DNA of 64,000 bases. It comes from Tubiluchus corallicola. Taxonomy: Eukaryota > Animalia > Priapulida. The notes beneath the pieces are model-generated. The model searched no databases, was not told where the DNA came from, and was given only the letters and a program-made list of their open reading frames with translations. The stretch is from NCBI GenBank assembly GCA_030141605.1, contig JAQGDQ010000588.1, forward strand, positions 70,983 to 134,982, in the 5' to 3' direction. The position numbers were made by a program, and so were the translations under genes. This document shows, piece after piece, positions 14,588 through 28,829 of the stretch (position 1 is its first letter; every line of letters begins with the position of its first letter).

Positions 14588-16214
14588 AAATGCTGTTGCA
14601 TTTGGTAGTTCGCTGTTGCGTGCATTTCGACATTCCTTAGTTAGATCCGCAACAATATCTGTATTTTGAAAAAACACAGCACCAAAAATAGGTCATGTAC
14701 AAACTTTTCAAGTTTTTATGTATCACAGTCACACGGTAGTGTGCCATATTTAAATTTTCACTTGCAGATAGGTGCAACTTGTTTGTGGAATGTTTTTGCC
14801 ATTAGAAAATTATGTTCAATTATGATCTCGTCACTGGCTGTGCTCGCCGGCCACCAATTAATTTTGCAAGTTAATATTTAATTCTCAGAAACATTTTTAC
14901 ATTATTAGGCCTATAGGGGACAAAATATGTATTTTTTACCATACTTCAAGATGAATAAGATCTGCAGAATCATTCAGTTTTTCTTTAACTTTCAAATGGA
15001 ACGTCCCATGTCTTGGGATTTGTTAAATGTAATTTTTCCTGTTCTTTTAACTTGACATTGTTGTAAGAAATGCTTTGATTAGACTCATCTAAGTCACAAA
15101 CTTATTTTATTGTGTATTTAGTTTTAGTTTGTTAATCAGTCACTGTAAATAGTAATAATAACAATAAATAATCTGTAGTATATTTGTGTCAAATTATTTT
15201 TATTAAACAGTCAATTGATTGTTTTTTGCCAAATTACTGATATTTAAATATACTATTTTTGCACAGTATTTAAATGATTGTGATGGGAATTTTGATTTCA
15301 TAATACACATAAATTATTATGTTTTCATTCTTTTACAGCTTTTTTGTCTTCAATTTTAATTTTGATTAATTTTGAGAGCGAAATTTCAGTGGGTAGTTAA
15401 TAAATTATTTATAATTTTAATGTCACAGTAATAAATTGATTAATTACCGGCTTAATTAATAATAATGGTTAACAAATAAATGGAATTGCAATCTCAAAAT
15501 CAAATAGAAATCTTCTACAGTTAGTTATAATCACTCTAGTGTGAGCGTCTAACATTGGAAATGTTGAAATGGTTGACCAGGTATAAGTCGAGGTTTCTGG
15601 TTCAAATCCGGGTTGTGTTCCAAATTTTCACATTTCCTGTCTTTCGAGTTTGGTATTGAAATTTAGTTAATCGTGGGTTTGTTCCGTCAGGGTAAATTAG
15701 TAACTCGAGAGAATGGATAATTTTTTAATGGTACCTCAGGACTCTATAAGTGAAGAAACACTTTTTGTTTTGATGTCTAAGAGATGAAAATGTGAGCACA
15801 AAAATGATGAAATATTACGTAAAGGCAGATTTTAATTAAAATTATAAACTGAAATAGTGAAAAAGAGCGAAAACAACAGTGCGTATCCGTAATGCTGTGC
15901 GCCGGAGAGCTGTAACGGCACAAAGAAATTGCCCACTGTAGCCAAATTTTTAAGAGCAGTGAATCAATTTAAAAATGCCTCTGAATCTCCTGGCAACGTT
16001 TGTTTAGAATGGGGTAACGGGGGTCCTTCTCTTTTACCCATTCGCAATCTAAGTAAGTAAGTTTATTTTAAGTCATATTAATTTTAAAACGTTACTTTCT
16101 TAAGAGAAAGTCTATCTAGCGTATAGCCTTTTCTTAGTGAAAAGTTTTTGCCTGGCTTCACTTCATTCATATTATATAATGAGTCGAAGGATGAGCAAAC
16201 TGAGCATTTTCGAT

Positions 16215-16545
16215 CAGGGAGCGAACTCGAATCGAATCCAGTTTTTGAGTTTCGAACTCGAATCAAACCGAATTTCAAGATAATGAATTCAGTTTTAAAG
16301 ATTTTCGAAACAGTTTCGCAAAGATCATGCATATTGCTTGATTTTGTTCTGCAGTAAAAGCAATAATTTGTTTCAAAATTGTGCACAGAAACTGCAGTTA
16401 AATTTTGCTGATTGCATGCTAACCCTTTCAAACGTTTTAGTGATAAAGAACGTATGCAGTTGAAGTGGTGAATTATTCGAATCCATATTTGTAGGTTTGA
16501 ATCGAATGCGAAGTAAAAAAAAGAATCGTGTCGAACTCGAACGCT
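16215..16545. mobile_element. Non-autonomous element (MITE-like) with TCGAA-rich subterminal motifs
   Basis: Repeated CGAACTCGAATC motifs at both ends; internal part homologous to 7040-7272. Confidence 0.55.
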
Positions 16546-17487
16546 CGACAGTATATAGAAGCAAATGATTATTGCGACATATAATATAGAGGTTTTTGCT
16601 TATTTTGCAAAGCAGTATCCCATATTTTCCATACTGTTAATTTTTTTACTTCGACCACAGTTTAAGTTATTACATCATAGCGGCAATAAGTGTACCTTTC
16701 TTACACCAAGGTTTGCTGAAATTTCATGAACAGGTGTTTGTTCCTTCACATAAATGTTTTCCTTTTCTAATGACCTGCCCAGAGTAAATAAGTATGTTGT
16801 TAATGGCAACTTGGCTAATTTCTTTGTTTCAAAGTTTCAAATTCTTGCTGTACAAACGCAATGGTAAAAAGCGCAGTAGGAAAAATTGCGTGGAACATAC
16901 ATTATTTTGGACGCTATTTCAACTTTGATATTTATTTCTTTTTCGCTTTTGACTTAATTTCTTAACTACAAAATATAACTTTTTCGCGGACTCAGGTTTG
17001 TCTGCACGTTAGCAATTTTATATAGGGGTGATTTTTGCAGTACTAGAACAAGATCGTGATTTTGGTAATATCAATTATAAAATTTATTTAGATTCGATTA
17101 TTTACAAATAAAGCGTAAGCTTTTATTGATAGATGTGGTCTCGAAAATTGACTTCGTGAAAGTGAGCATGCTTTAATGCTTTTCACCGATATGGCAACTT
17201 TTGCACTTCTTGTCATTTAGGCACAGCCATTGTGACGCTAAAGTCAGTTCTTTAGTTTAGCTGTTAGATTCAAACAAAAGAGCTCTAAAATACGGTAAAC
17301 GTCCTTTCTCGATTGTTATCCAGAAATCGGTGGAGCTTCGGCCCACTTGTTGTTGCTGCATTTGTTGGTTTATCGTCCAATTAAACCAAAATTCAACCGA
17401 CGTTTGTGTAAGATAAATGATACGAGATTAATTCATTTTTCTGTCCATTTGGATGGAAGTTGAGTCTAAAGATAAGCACGATGTAGA

Positions 17488-20400
17488 CTAATAGACAGCG
17501 GGCTGCGCGCCAGTGACAGTAACATCTCTCATGGAACTATCAAAATTACCGCGCCGTGGGCATAGTATTGCCTTATAGCCAAGTCTAAAGTTTCTGTTCA
17601 TAACACCATATATAACTGGATTACAACAGCTGTTGAAGTAACCAAGCAGCAAAGTGGCCATGTCAAACCACCGCACTACGCCATGTGGCGAGAACAGTGA
17701 CCAGAACATGGCGATACAAAATGGAAGCCAACATATAACAAATGTGAAAATCACGACAAGAAAAGATCGCGTCAGTCGTAGTTCGTCCTGTCGCGCCTTC
17801 TGTTTGCGACGCTCCTGTCGCTTTTCTTTTGCTGTTTGTCTCATTTGTGATGCTGATGTTTGAGCTAAGTCTTTATATGAGGAAGACGACAAAACAGTTA
17901 TTTCCGGCTGAAGCAAGTTTGATACTTGAAGAACCATGTTTGGCTTCTTCTCATTACTCGATCTCGTAGACCTGTTTACTTTAGATTCACCTGTAAGTCC
18001 AACTTCGGAATTTTTGACATGACTGAAATTCTCCATATTTTTAACACTTATGGTAGATACATTGATTACAGGCATCTCCGAACGCTGGTTAGTTACTTTC
18101 TGGTTTGTTACTCGCAAACGGCTTTTGCGGACAGTTTCAATAATTCGAAGATATGAGAAGGTCATGACAGAACAGGGTCCTCCGAAGCAGACGCCAAACA
18201 TGAAAAACGTGTAGGAGATGCTAGTCTTCCACTGACAGAAGCAGAAAGATTGACCTGGAATGTATCCGTACTTTCCCCATCCCAGCAAAGGAGGAGAGGC
18301 TAGAATTAGAGCCAACATCCACACACCTGAAAAGCAAATAGTTATGTAACAACGGTTGAAAAAGTGACAGTTTCGAAATTCATGCACACTCATTCAAAAC
18401 CATAAATATCATGAATCTTATTCTTTACAGACTTTATAAAGTTTAAAAGAACGCAAGAGCAAAAAATTTGCTCTGTAGTCTTTTGACGGTAGAATAATGT
18501 TGGATAAATTTTTATAAATACGTGTCAAGAAATTCACGACATTTTGACTGACATGTTTCTCATCTTTTTAAAAATCCTAATAAACAATGCATGTAAACGA
18601 CACAAGGGATATATGTATATTTACTAGTCCGGAATGTGAAGCTTTGTGTCAGCGAGTAACCTAATACTTCCCATTCCGGAATAGTTTTCTGCCTAACTGC
18701 TTTGATATGTCATTTATAACGCCATTTATTGTTGCCGTGGAATCCATTTCGTGAATATATTGTTTAGAATGCCATTTAGCGTTGTTACAGAATCCGTCTT
18801 TAGTACAAAGTGAGACTATGGAGTAACTCTACGGTGAATTCAAACACAAAACTTATTACATGAACAACAACGAGAATGAGGTCCGCTTCACGGCGAAAGC
18901 AATCTGTTTATAAAGCTACGTCGCAAAAAACATAATGTACATTTTGACTTCCTTAACGAAAGTCATCAACTATTTGATGACAAGAGTTTTTAAAAAAGTA
19001 GAACACAAAATTTAATGTATGATTACAAAGAAGTATTTTGAGGCATCAAACAATAAAAAAAGAGTTCAATAAGAAATCGGATACTATCAAAAATTAAAGT
19101 ACTGATTTTAAATGTGCATTGCATAAAGTTATAGAGTCTGTCCCAACCTCAACTAACGTTTCAAATATCTTTTATTATTAAAGGGTTGAATTTAGGCTTG
19201 ATGTTCAAAAGTACTTCCTCACTGAAAAGGTAGAAGGTTTGGGAGCTTTATCCATAATATTGACAGAAAAATTATCGATTGTGTGATCAGTGGTAACAAT
19301 GTAAACGGTATAACCTGTATGGGCACTATCTTGTGTTTCCTAATGTAACATATAAATGTTGATTAACACAGAGTTCTACCAATGCAAAACTTACCGCAAT
19401 CATTGCAATCAATCTGAAATGTAATTGAAGATCTATCAAAAATATTGTCACTATAATTATAAGTTCATGACTACCATAATAGTTCTTGTATAATGTGAAG
19501 CCAAGTTTGTCATGGTAACAATAGAATGCAATAAGTAAGTAATTAAGTAAATAAGTTTATTAAAACAGACATATTACAGTTAAAAAACTGAATTACTGTG
19601 TCTATACTAACAGTAAAAAATAAAATAAAAAGGTCACAATATTTTGCTAAACGACATAAATTTTCCACTGTTACAATGTTACATAAAAATACATGTTAAA
19701 AAGCAAATCACGTACCAAGAGCAGAACACGAGTTATGCACGTCAGCCATTAAAAATCTAACTCAATTTTCTAATTTCACTTGATTTACTGGCGTCTTTAG
19801 TATTCAATAATCTGATTAAATATTGTAAAGACGATTTATAAAATCTATCAGTTCTACATTTTTCTTCAATATAATTTGATTTAAAACTGTATTTATTAGT
19901 AAATAGAAAATTTAAACAATACATACACGAATAGCTGAAAAAAAATGACGGTACTAAGTGATTGGCAATAGGGTTATAAAAACCCATATAAAAGCCTCTC
20001 ACGTGAAGACAGTCACAATATTAACAATCATTAAGAAATACGATATAACTTCATATATTGGTGGTAAAACAGGAAGTAGTGATGTGTTAGGTTTGTTCAT
20101 TATTTGTAGCCAATAATTTATTACATTATGTATTATGTCTATTCTTAAAGGGTACTGACCAAGTTCAGCTCGTGCTGCGTTTTTACCGATTTATTATTAA
20201 CGTTTAGTATATATGTGCACAATTTTACGTTGAAGTCTTCAGTACCGATTTTGTCGTATACATTTGATTGGTTAGATTGCAAAGCGTGTTGAAAATTTTA
20301 ACGTATGGTCCCTAACCTGCATGCCATAAAGTGATATAGGTTTAACTTGGGAATTAAATAAATTTATAGTTATTTTACGTGGTAAATTTTAGTTTATTAA

Positions 20401-23400
20401 TTCAGCTCTTATCATATTTAAAGATTTCAGGCCTTTGCATTTTAATTCTTGTATTGACTGCTTAAAGGATCCATAGTTGTAAAACTGTACTCCAAGGTAA
20501 TTGTATTGTTTGACTACTTTAATTTGTTCTGCTCCGCATTGGTAAGTTTGGTTAAAGGGCATCATGCCAGTTTTACTGAAAACGATAATTATTGTTTTGC
20601 TTGTATTTATTGTAAGATTCCATTTGAAACAATAGTTTGAGAGTATTTTAAGTGAGTTTTTTATCCAATTTCTGACCTTCACGTTAAAACAATGTCGTCG
20701 GCATACACGAGGCTGCTGATTCTTCATTTTGCATTATAATTGTGTCACGCGTATCGTTAAACTAATTAGGGAAATCGTTCAAAAACAACAAGAATAGTGT
20801 TGAACTCAATACACATCATTGTTTTACCCCAGAAGCACTCTACAGAAAATTATCTGTACAACCATTTAGCATTTTTATTGAGTATTTGGCTTCGCTGTAT
20901 ATATCTTTTACAATGAGAAACAATTTCCCGTTTATACCATGTTTTGCTAATTCATTAACTAAATCATTTCGCCAGACGCTATCAAACGCTTGTTTAATGT
21001 CGACGAAACATGTATAAAGTTGACCTTTATTTGCTTTTATTTGTTTATCGATCACTGTTTTTATGTTAATAAATGGTCATTAGTGCTGCACACTTTACGG
21101 AAACCTATTTGCGATGGATGTATAATATTTTCTTTCTCTAAGTATTCATTTAGTGGTTCATTGAGAATTTTTGTAAAAAGTTTGCTTAGACAGTCGGAGG
21201 TAGTCACGCCACGGTAATTTTGTGGGTCCTTTTTATTTCCGTTTTTGTGAAATGGTACTATTAGGCTTTCAGACCAGGCCATTGAGTATATGCTTCCTGA
21301 GTAAATTAAATAAAATAATTTGGTTACACCTGGGGCTGGATATGTTATGGTAGATTTTATGACTTCATTTGACATGGCATCGTAGGTAGTAGATTTATTG
21401 TTTTTCGGTGTTTACAGCGTTCATTACCTCATGGGGTTTCGTCGTAAAATTCATCTCATTGAAAGTGGGAATTTGATTGCATGTGTTTTTTGCTGGTTAT
21501 ATTCAGGTTGACTGGATGTTAGTAATTGTTTGTAGTGATTAAACATTGTAATAGGATCGACGTCTGACATTGGTTTGTTATTTGCACCAATGACCTTTTT
21601 AATGCTCTTTTCAGAAAACATTACTGTTAGCGTCCGAAGTTTTTCTGTGAATTTATTTTTAAAGGATCTGTATTTTCTTTGTTTTAGGCTTTTAAATTTC
21701 TTTTTGGCATCATTACACTGTTTTATTATTGTTTGATTTGTAGGAAATTTGGTTAGAAGTCTGGATAGTGAATGTACTTTGTTTCACATTGACGTGCATG
21801 CTCTGTCGAACCAAACCTTATTTCTAGGCTTAGTAAGAGAAGTCGGGGTTTCATAGAAAACGCTTGTTATGCAAGTTCCAGTTTTACAATGATCGGAAAA
21901 AGGGGTTTTTATCGTTTACTTTAAAATATACAACGTTACGTAATAGGTCGGCGTCAATTACACAGCAGTCAGTTAGTGATCTACCATTAGGCTTATCACT
22001 AATTGACTACTGTGTAAGATAAACCCCCTCCTGGTTCGACTGAAATTAGCTTATAGTATATAAATGAAATGTCTCTATGAGATGAATTGGATTGTATAAG
22101 TTGGTAGGACACTGACTGACCTTTGACGTTATAAGTTGCGATTTCAGTATGAAGTGCTGCTCCCAGATTTCTAGCGATGCGTATTCAACAAAATCAAATT
22201 TAGAGTTTCAAACAGAAAGCTGAGGTTTTTTTCGTGCCCTAATTCTGTAACTGTTGTTGCAAAATGTTCAGTTTATGACCGCTGGAAACATCAGTTAATC
22301 TTAGTTGTTTTTCATTAGTGTTTTGACAAAGTACTAAGCTATGTTTACAGTGGCAAAAAGCAGTCGTGACAATAATATAGCAATTTAGCGAAGCTAACGA
22401 AGGCAAAAATCATTGAAAGTTGTTTGCCTGCACCGCAGTTGACATCCATGTTCTTCAACATAGAAAACTGAACATTTGCTGCAACAAAATTAACAAAACT
22501 AATTTCAGACCGCTACATTAATAAGGTCGACTCTTTTGACAAAGTGTATAGAGCTTATTACTGACCAAATTTGACTGACTTTGCAATACAATACGTAAGA
22601 GACATTTGTACTAATTATTATTGTTGCAGCTGCTTATTCGCTTGCTTTGGAAGGCCAGAATATCGCTGCTCATTTGACCTGCAATCGTTCCACGCTGGAA
22701 CACAATTTTTGCTTTTGTGAAAAATTTTCTTTGCCGCCAAATTTCGGAAAAAATCAGTTCATTCAAAAAGTCTGTCAAGCATAATGATTCTTAAAGCTTC
22801 GCAAACGTATAGTATATGTTGTTTTTGACAATTTACATTACTGTCATACATTGCTGTGAGAGCGGTGCATGTAACTCAAATGCCCTGACAGCACTAGGTG
22901 CGTCTCATTTTAATTGCTATTTGGTTAATTTTTTAAAGCGTGACGCCTTTAGTGTGAGTGTGTATGTGTGTATTGCTGCCACCTCCGCTGAATTGCTAGC
23001 ATATCGTAATATCACGATCCCTTTTCTCGATAGAGTGATCGTATAGTTATCTAGCCCTATCGAGTGATCATGAATTAATTGATTAGATTGTTATATTAGA
23101 TTTTATCGATTCGCTTCACGTTCGCTATTAGGTAATTGATCGAATCTCAGCTACCTGACTCCGAGGGCTTTAGTTAAGTCGTTAAGGCAATGATCTCCTT
23201 CACGACTTTCACTTCAACCTTGCGTTGTGAGTGAGGCCTTTATCCCTCAAGTTTACAAGCTTAGCTCCCACAATTGAGCTTCTGAGTACAATGCGAATCT
23301 TCTCAAGTTCGTATCTAGGATTTAGTGATGCGTATGCAATTTACTGTTAACGCTCTTAATCATTCAAGAACTCAATGTCTGCATTATTACAGTGAACAGA

Positions 23401-26400
23401 CTTTATTGAATTACACTTACACTTTATCAACTCTGGCTTTAATTACAAGATTTGGTCTTATACGCCGGTGGGAGCTTACAACTAAAGTATAGCTCCAGAG
23501 AAGATGCTATTCACTTTAACTACTAACAATTCGATATGCTGCACTGTAGGTGCTTAATACAACATAACGGTTACAGCTATTCAGATACTGATACAAATAA
23601 ATTGAACCACTTAACTTGTGGATTGACCAATGTACCCCTACACTTGGTTAAATCCTGATTGCTTTTCGAGACTACGCTGCACCAGTGCTCAGTCTTTGGC
23701 TAAGTACGCAGATTCCTTTCCACGCTGGGCAAACGCTGCTTCTCGTCTTGTAGAAGTTGTCTCGGACACACGGTATGGTAGCAAACCACTTGTCAGACTC
23801 CCTCGCTCGTGTTGTGTGACACTCGTGTCCTGTCACCCCGTCGTGTGTGTCTAGGTAACTTTTCCTAGAGCTTATATTTCTGAGAGTTGACCTTCGAGAT
23901 ATTGCACCATCTGGCAACATCTGGTAACATCTGCTACCTCCTGGAAAGCGACTTTCCTTTCACTTCTGATTTTACAACCAGTAATGAGTTTCTTAAATTC
24001 CGTCGCCTTTGAGATTTTCATACCGTCTTGTCGGCATGTCTTCAGATTTCCTTCTAATGTCGCTGAGCACTGATACGAGGCCTTGGCTCCTATCATTAAA
24101 TTATTTCCATGCGACAACTAAATCGCTCTAGACATCCTCCTAATTATCTCCTACTCTGCATGTATTCCAGTTAAACAATGGTGTCTTTCTCGAACACGAC
24201 ACCTGCACTTTCTACAAATCGTGTGACAATTCTAACTCATTAAATTCGAGCTGTCAGCTGGATGAGTTTCTTGTTCAACCGTGTAAATTTATTTAACGAA
24301 ATCAGGGAGGCGTGAGTTTATCAACCGAATCTAATTCAGCTGATAACTCCATTAATTATCTACCAAAATTCATATTCCTAAATTTATTCACAACAGTAAC
24401 GAATATGAATAAATTTCTTGATGTTTTGTTATGCCATTGGCAGGTGCGGAGCTAGCGTAAAATTTATTTTTTGAAGGAAAATATAATTATCTTGTTATAG
24501 CGATATAGCAATTTCGTTATAACCTACACTACTACCTCGTTGTAACGAGATACTACCTCATTATAACGATTTAATAATTTGTTATAACAATCTCGTTATA
24601 ACAACATACTACATTGTTATAACGGCTTACTATTCGTTATAATGACTTACCACCTCGTTACTAACGGATTATCGTAGGTAGGCGTTCGTAGCCGCTGGTA
24701 TAGCTAGCACTGCTAAGAATAAATAATATTTGCGACATTACACCTGTTTGGAAGTGCTTTGATAAATTTCAGCTCTCAAAGTCGTTTCTCGGGTGACGAG
24801 CATAGCGTTTCGTTGGTGATTATTGACGGATAAGATACCTGGATTGGCTTCATTTACTTTCAAAACACTCACGAAGCCAATAATTTATTCATCATTTTAC
24901 CATAATACGGGATGGGCATATTATAGTACGCAAAGGACAACTAATAAAGCCTTTTATCCATGTCCTTTATGAAACCAATAATTTCAATGCATGCGCAGTC
25001 ATTAAAAATTAATGTCAGTCAGTTCCTAAATTTACCGTCTGCGTCTCACAGAGATGCTGATTTCAATGTGATACATGTAGGAAGCAAATCTGATGTAGAT
25101 GTTAAGAAATTTTTCTCGGAATTACGGCAATATAGGCCGTTCTCGTAAATTCGGCGTAGAGAGTATAATAGGATCATTTTGGCTAATGATTATTGTTAAT
25201 CATCTTTGTGATTACATATACAGTCAATTGTCATTACATTGCAAACAGCATGTGTCTTTCTGCATTATTGAAATCTATTAACTACTCTCCAAACTCCATG
25301 CTACCTCCTCCTGACTTCTTGATTAAAGTTAATAGAACAACGTTTGTAGATGAGGTCTTTCACAGACTAAAATAAAGATCAACTGAAAGTACGTAACGCA
25401 CTCCCTATACAACCAAGCCTCTGCGTCCCATGATTCTCTTTTGCTTTAATACAGTCAGTTTCGAGTTAATTAAAGGTATCATTCATTAGCAATAAGAGGC
25501 GCCGAAGGCGTGAACTTTTTGGCGCTGTGATGTTGTAACGTCACTGAATAAAGGAAGAGCTCTGTGACGTATAGTTTATTTACCGTTTTTGAATCAAATT
25601 TTTGATTTGACGCAGTTGACTGCTTAATTTTTAATTTTTTGTCATTCGGAACAGACATTTCTTCAAGATAACGATTACTTCTTTTGTACGTGTGTATAAC
25701 CACCGTCACGCACGTAGCTATTATATTAGGTTTATAGTTATTGATTGTCCATTGTAAGCACTATTAATGATATATGTTGCCCGAAATAATTAATAAAAAT
25801 ATATCGCCACTTTCCCATCAGGCAAATCAAGCCTGTTATCATATCAATACTATAACTTATTCGTTAAACGACTTGCAACGTATATAATAGCCTACTGCTT
25901 TTACCTTGTTAAGTACTTTGTGTGGTTTAACAAATCTTTTTTGATAATTTTTTCAAACATGCACGCCCTTGTACTCGAAAAGGAATTGTGGGGTTAAGAG
26001 CGAGTGGAAGGATGCGGAAACCGGTTCAAGTCAATGTTAACTAAATCTACTGTTTAGTGAAAAATTTGCAGCCAAAATTCTGAACAAAATTTATACATTT
26101 GCAAAACACCAAATTTGAAATTGTGTAAGAAGTAGACCTACTCATCAACAGATTCATCTACAGAGGTAATAGGGGTAAATTAGGGGAAAAGAACAGCAGT
26201 GGCTTATGCGCTATACATGCAGTAAAGTTATTATGCACATTCTGTAAATATTATAATACAATACACTATGTAGGATGCACCAAAAGTCACTATAATTATT
26301 CTCAGCATTTTCTAAATTTTTCTAACAAATACACAAACTGTTTGAAAATTGGTACAAATATCAATTCTTTTAGCTCAAATTAAATGAATATCTTTCAACA

Positions 26401-28829
26401 GGAACTACCACACTAGGAGGTTTGCTATTTTTGCCACCTTCTTTAGGGACTTCGAGAGCTTCAGATACCAATCCAATGGCAAACTTGCATTGAGAAAGCT
26501 CCTCAGCCCATGTATGGTGAGGAAGTGCTGCATATCGCTGAAAAACTAGATTGTTAATAATGAGAGAATGGCGCGGTCCATATAATGCTGGGAATTTATG
26601 CTGAACTACAGTTCGTGATTGTGATGACCTGGTGTAGTTCGGTGATATTTTTTTCGTTTGTCAGGATTCTTTTAACAGGTCATGCTTAGGCCTCTAACTG
26701 ACCACAAAGCGTTTGTGGTGTGTTGGTGAACTAACTAAGGCGCTATAGGTACTGGCGCACTCTCCTAAAGCTAGTATTTTAATTATACTGAAGCTTGAAA
26801 TAGAAATAAACGCTTTAGCTATGAAATTAATATTTTAATAATTATTATTGAATATACCTTAGTAGTTATAAACATACAATACATTATATTATACAACGTA
26901 GCAGTACAAAGTTTGTAGTGATGCCGTTTCTACGTTGGGAGCTCCAGGATCTTCCTGAAACACACAAATTCCACAACGCTTCGTTAAGCAGGCAAAATAT
27001 ACTGTCTGTCTCTGGCAGTTTGGCAGAAAAAATTGAAGCACATGGTGTGAGTCAAGCATCAAAAGTACACATTGTCAAAAAAACAAGGATACGAAAAGGT
27101 TGCTCATAACAACAGCAGGTTGAAGTCTTATGTTGATCTTGGAATCAAGCATATAATGGACTTGATTCGCTAATGGTTGGCGTGCATACAACAATGTCCA
27201 GCTTAGTGTAGTCCAGTGTCACTAATTCCAGATTTGGCATTAACGGCAGGAACATTCAGGTTTTGGCATAAAGGTATTTAAAAGTTAACAAAACTAAAAG
27301 TCTACTAGCAGCAATTTTTCTACTCCACATGTTACCTACTAGTCATCTCTCTAGCTCAGAAAGTAGGTTACCGAAAAGTAAGCACCTGATTGGCTAAACA
27401 GGTTTCACTTTTAAATTCAACAAAATTACAACCTGTAGCAAATCATTCAACAGGTGACAGCACTGACATGGTATCATAATATGATGATTGATACTAGACA
27501 AAAAATATAGAGTTATAATAAAAAGTGTGAGCAATAATTTTAATAGTATGGTAGTGCTTTAGTGTTTGCAGACATTGAAAATAAAAAATGATTGTAATGA
27601 TGGGGAAGCATGGCTGTGCGATTACAGAGCCCTCCCACTAACATATGAAATATCTAAAATTATTAGAATTTTTTATGCTTTGCAAGCACTACTGGTGTCA
27701 AAGTTTAATGTAATCACCATACTCAAAGCATTAGATTTTAGCACGGATAAAAGTCATCATACATTAGGCTGAGCCATCACAGTGATTGAAATACATCATA
27801 CCGGGCTAATTTTGCACCTCGTTTCTAACGTTACTATCGTCACCATAGTAACGAGGTTCTAGTCAAAAACAATTAAAAAGAATTAACAAATGCCCTTTTT
27901 ATTCCTGTAGTAAGAGCTTGCTAAGATGGGGGAGAAATTTAAAAAGGAAATTAGAAATCAAAATGTATAGTAAGTTTTGAGACACCCACACTGACAACAA
28001 ACTTACTAGTCTGGATTGAGAGTTATTGTATTTAGTTTATACGCTTAATACGATATTTATTTTAACCACAACTGTTCGCAGATTCCCTCTGCTTTCTGAT
28101 GATAACTTACTACTAAAGCCTTGAATTTTGCTCTTCAGGCATGGCTTTTAAATGTCTGTGAGATATGCCTCCTTAAATTTATTTGCGAGTTGGTAGAATC
28201 CACAATTTCATAAAATACAGATAACAGAGATGTACACATAAACCTATATATACATATATATGTATGTATGTATAGTACAGACAAATTAATCATATGTGTG
28301 TAAATGGCATGCACCTACCTGTGCACATAAGGGCTGCATTCTTTGGGGTATATACTGCTTTTACTTTGACTGCGTGGCAAACCATGAAGTATCTGTTTAG
28401 GCTGACATTACCCAGTGACATGACGCTGGCAATGAAGAAGGTCATGTTGATAAAGCCCGTTACAACGCACACTGTATCGCTAAAAGGAAAGCCGTCGTGT
28501 AAAACCGATACCACAGAAATCGGTATGTTCATGACAGAAACTAAAATGTCAGCCAAGGCGAGGCACAGGATCAGTGAGTTGGAAACAGTGCGAAGATGAC
28601 GAAGTTTGCAAATGGTAGCAAACAGGAGTACATTTCCAAAAAATGCTATCGTGCCGATCAGGACCAAAATTGTCGCCTCTATTATTTTTTCAGCCTGCTC
28701 CGTGCAAACAGATTGATACAATGTTTTCTGCGGCGCGTCACTTTCGTTCAAATTTTGTAAAACTGTTTCGACAACATAATCGCTTGTTATTTCACAAGCG
28801 GTGGCCAATTTGTGGCTTGAGGTGTTCAT
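17488..28829 (-). CDS. Class A (rhodopsin-like) GPCR, melatonin-receptor-like (449 aa, 2 coding exons)
   Basis: Exon 1 28829-28319 (ends ACA G|GTAGGT) joins in phase to exon 2 18326-17488 (TTTCAG|GT GTG TGG); sum 1350 nt. Motifs: TM1 GN, TM2 LALAD, TM3 SLNRY, ECL2 PPLLGWGKY..C, TM6 CWLPF, TM7 YFNSCCNPVIYGVMNRNFR. Confidence 0.9.
19535..21998 (-). mobile_element. Decayed, 5'-truncated non-LTR retrotransposon (LINE; CR1/L2-like ORF2 remnant)
   Basis: Frameshifted fragments: endonuclease end (PNGRSLTD...FSDH, about 21880-21995) and RT motifs NYRGVT..CLSKLF..QIGFRK (21061-21375), CFVDIKQAFDSVWR (20840-21055), YNYLGV (20389-20727). The 3' end has AATAAA followed by a short ACTT-type tandem tail at about 19535-19562. 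Confidence 0.85.
23010..24395 (-). mobile_element. Putative solo LTR (about 1.39 kb) with 4-bp target-site duplication
   Basis: Termini TATCACG (degenerate TGTCAC) ... TCACAACA; GTAA flanks both sides (23006-23009 and 24396-24399); minus-strand AATAAA near 23402-23407. Confidence 0.6.
24494..24668. repeat. Degenerate array of palindromic (C)TCGTTATAACGA units, probable MITE interior
   Basis: About 8 GTTATAAC-centred units at roughly 20-bp spacing. Confidence 0.65.
26270..27300 (-). mobile_element. Possible highly decayed Tc1/mariner-type DNA transposon remnant
   Basis: Minus-strand PRST*DFNLL near 27110-27145 resembles the WPPRSPDLNP motif; no intact ORF; boundaries approximate. Confidence 0.3.

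Noticed and set aside
17488-18393. Opsin call for the GPCR, and the ORF start at 18393
   Set aside because: No Lys at the K296-equivalent position; 18393-18327 is intron sequence upstream of the acceptor.
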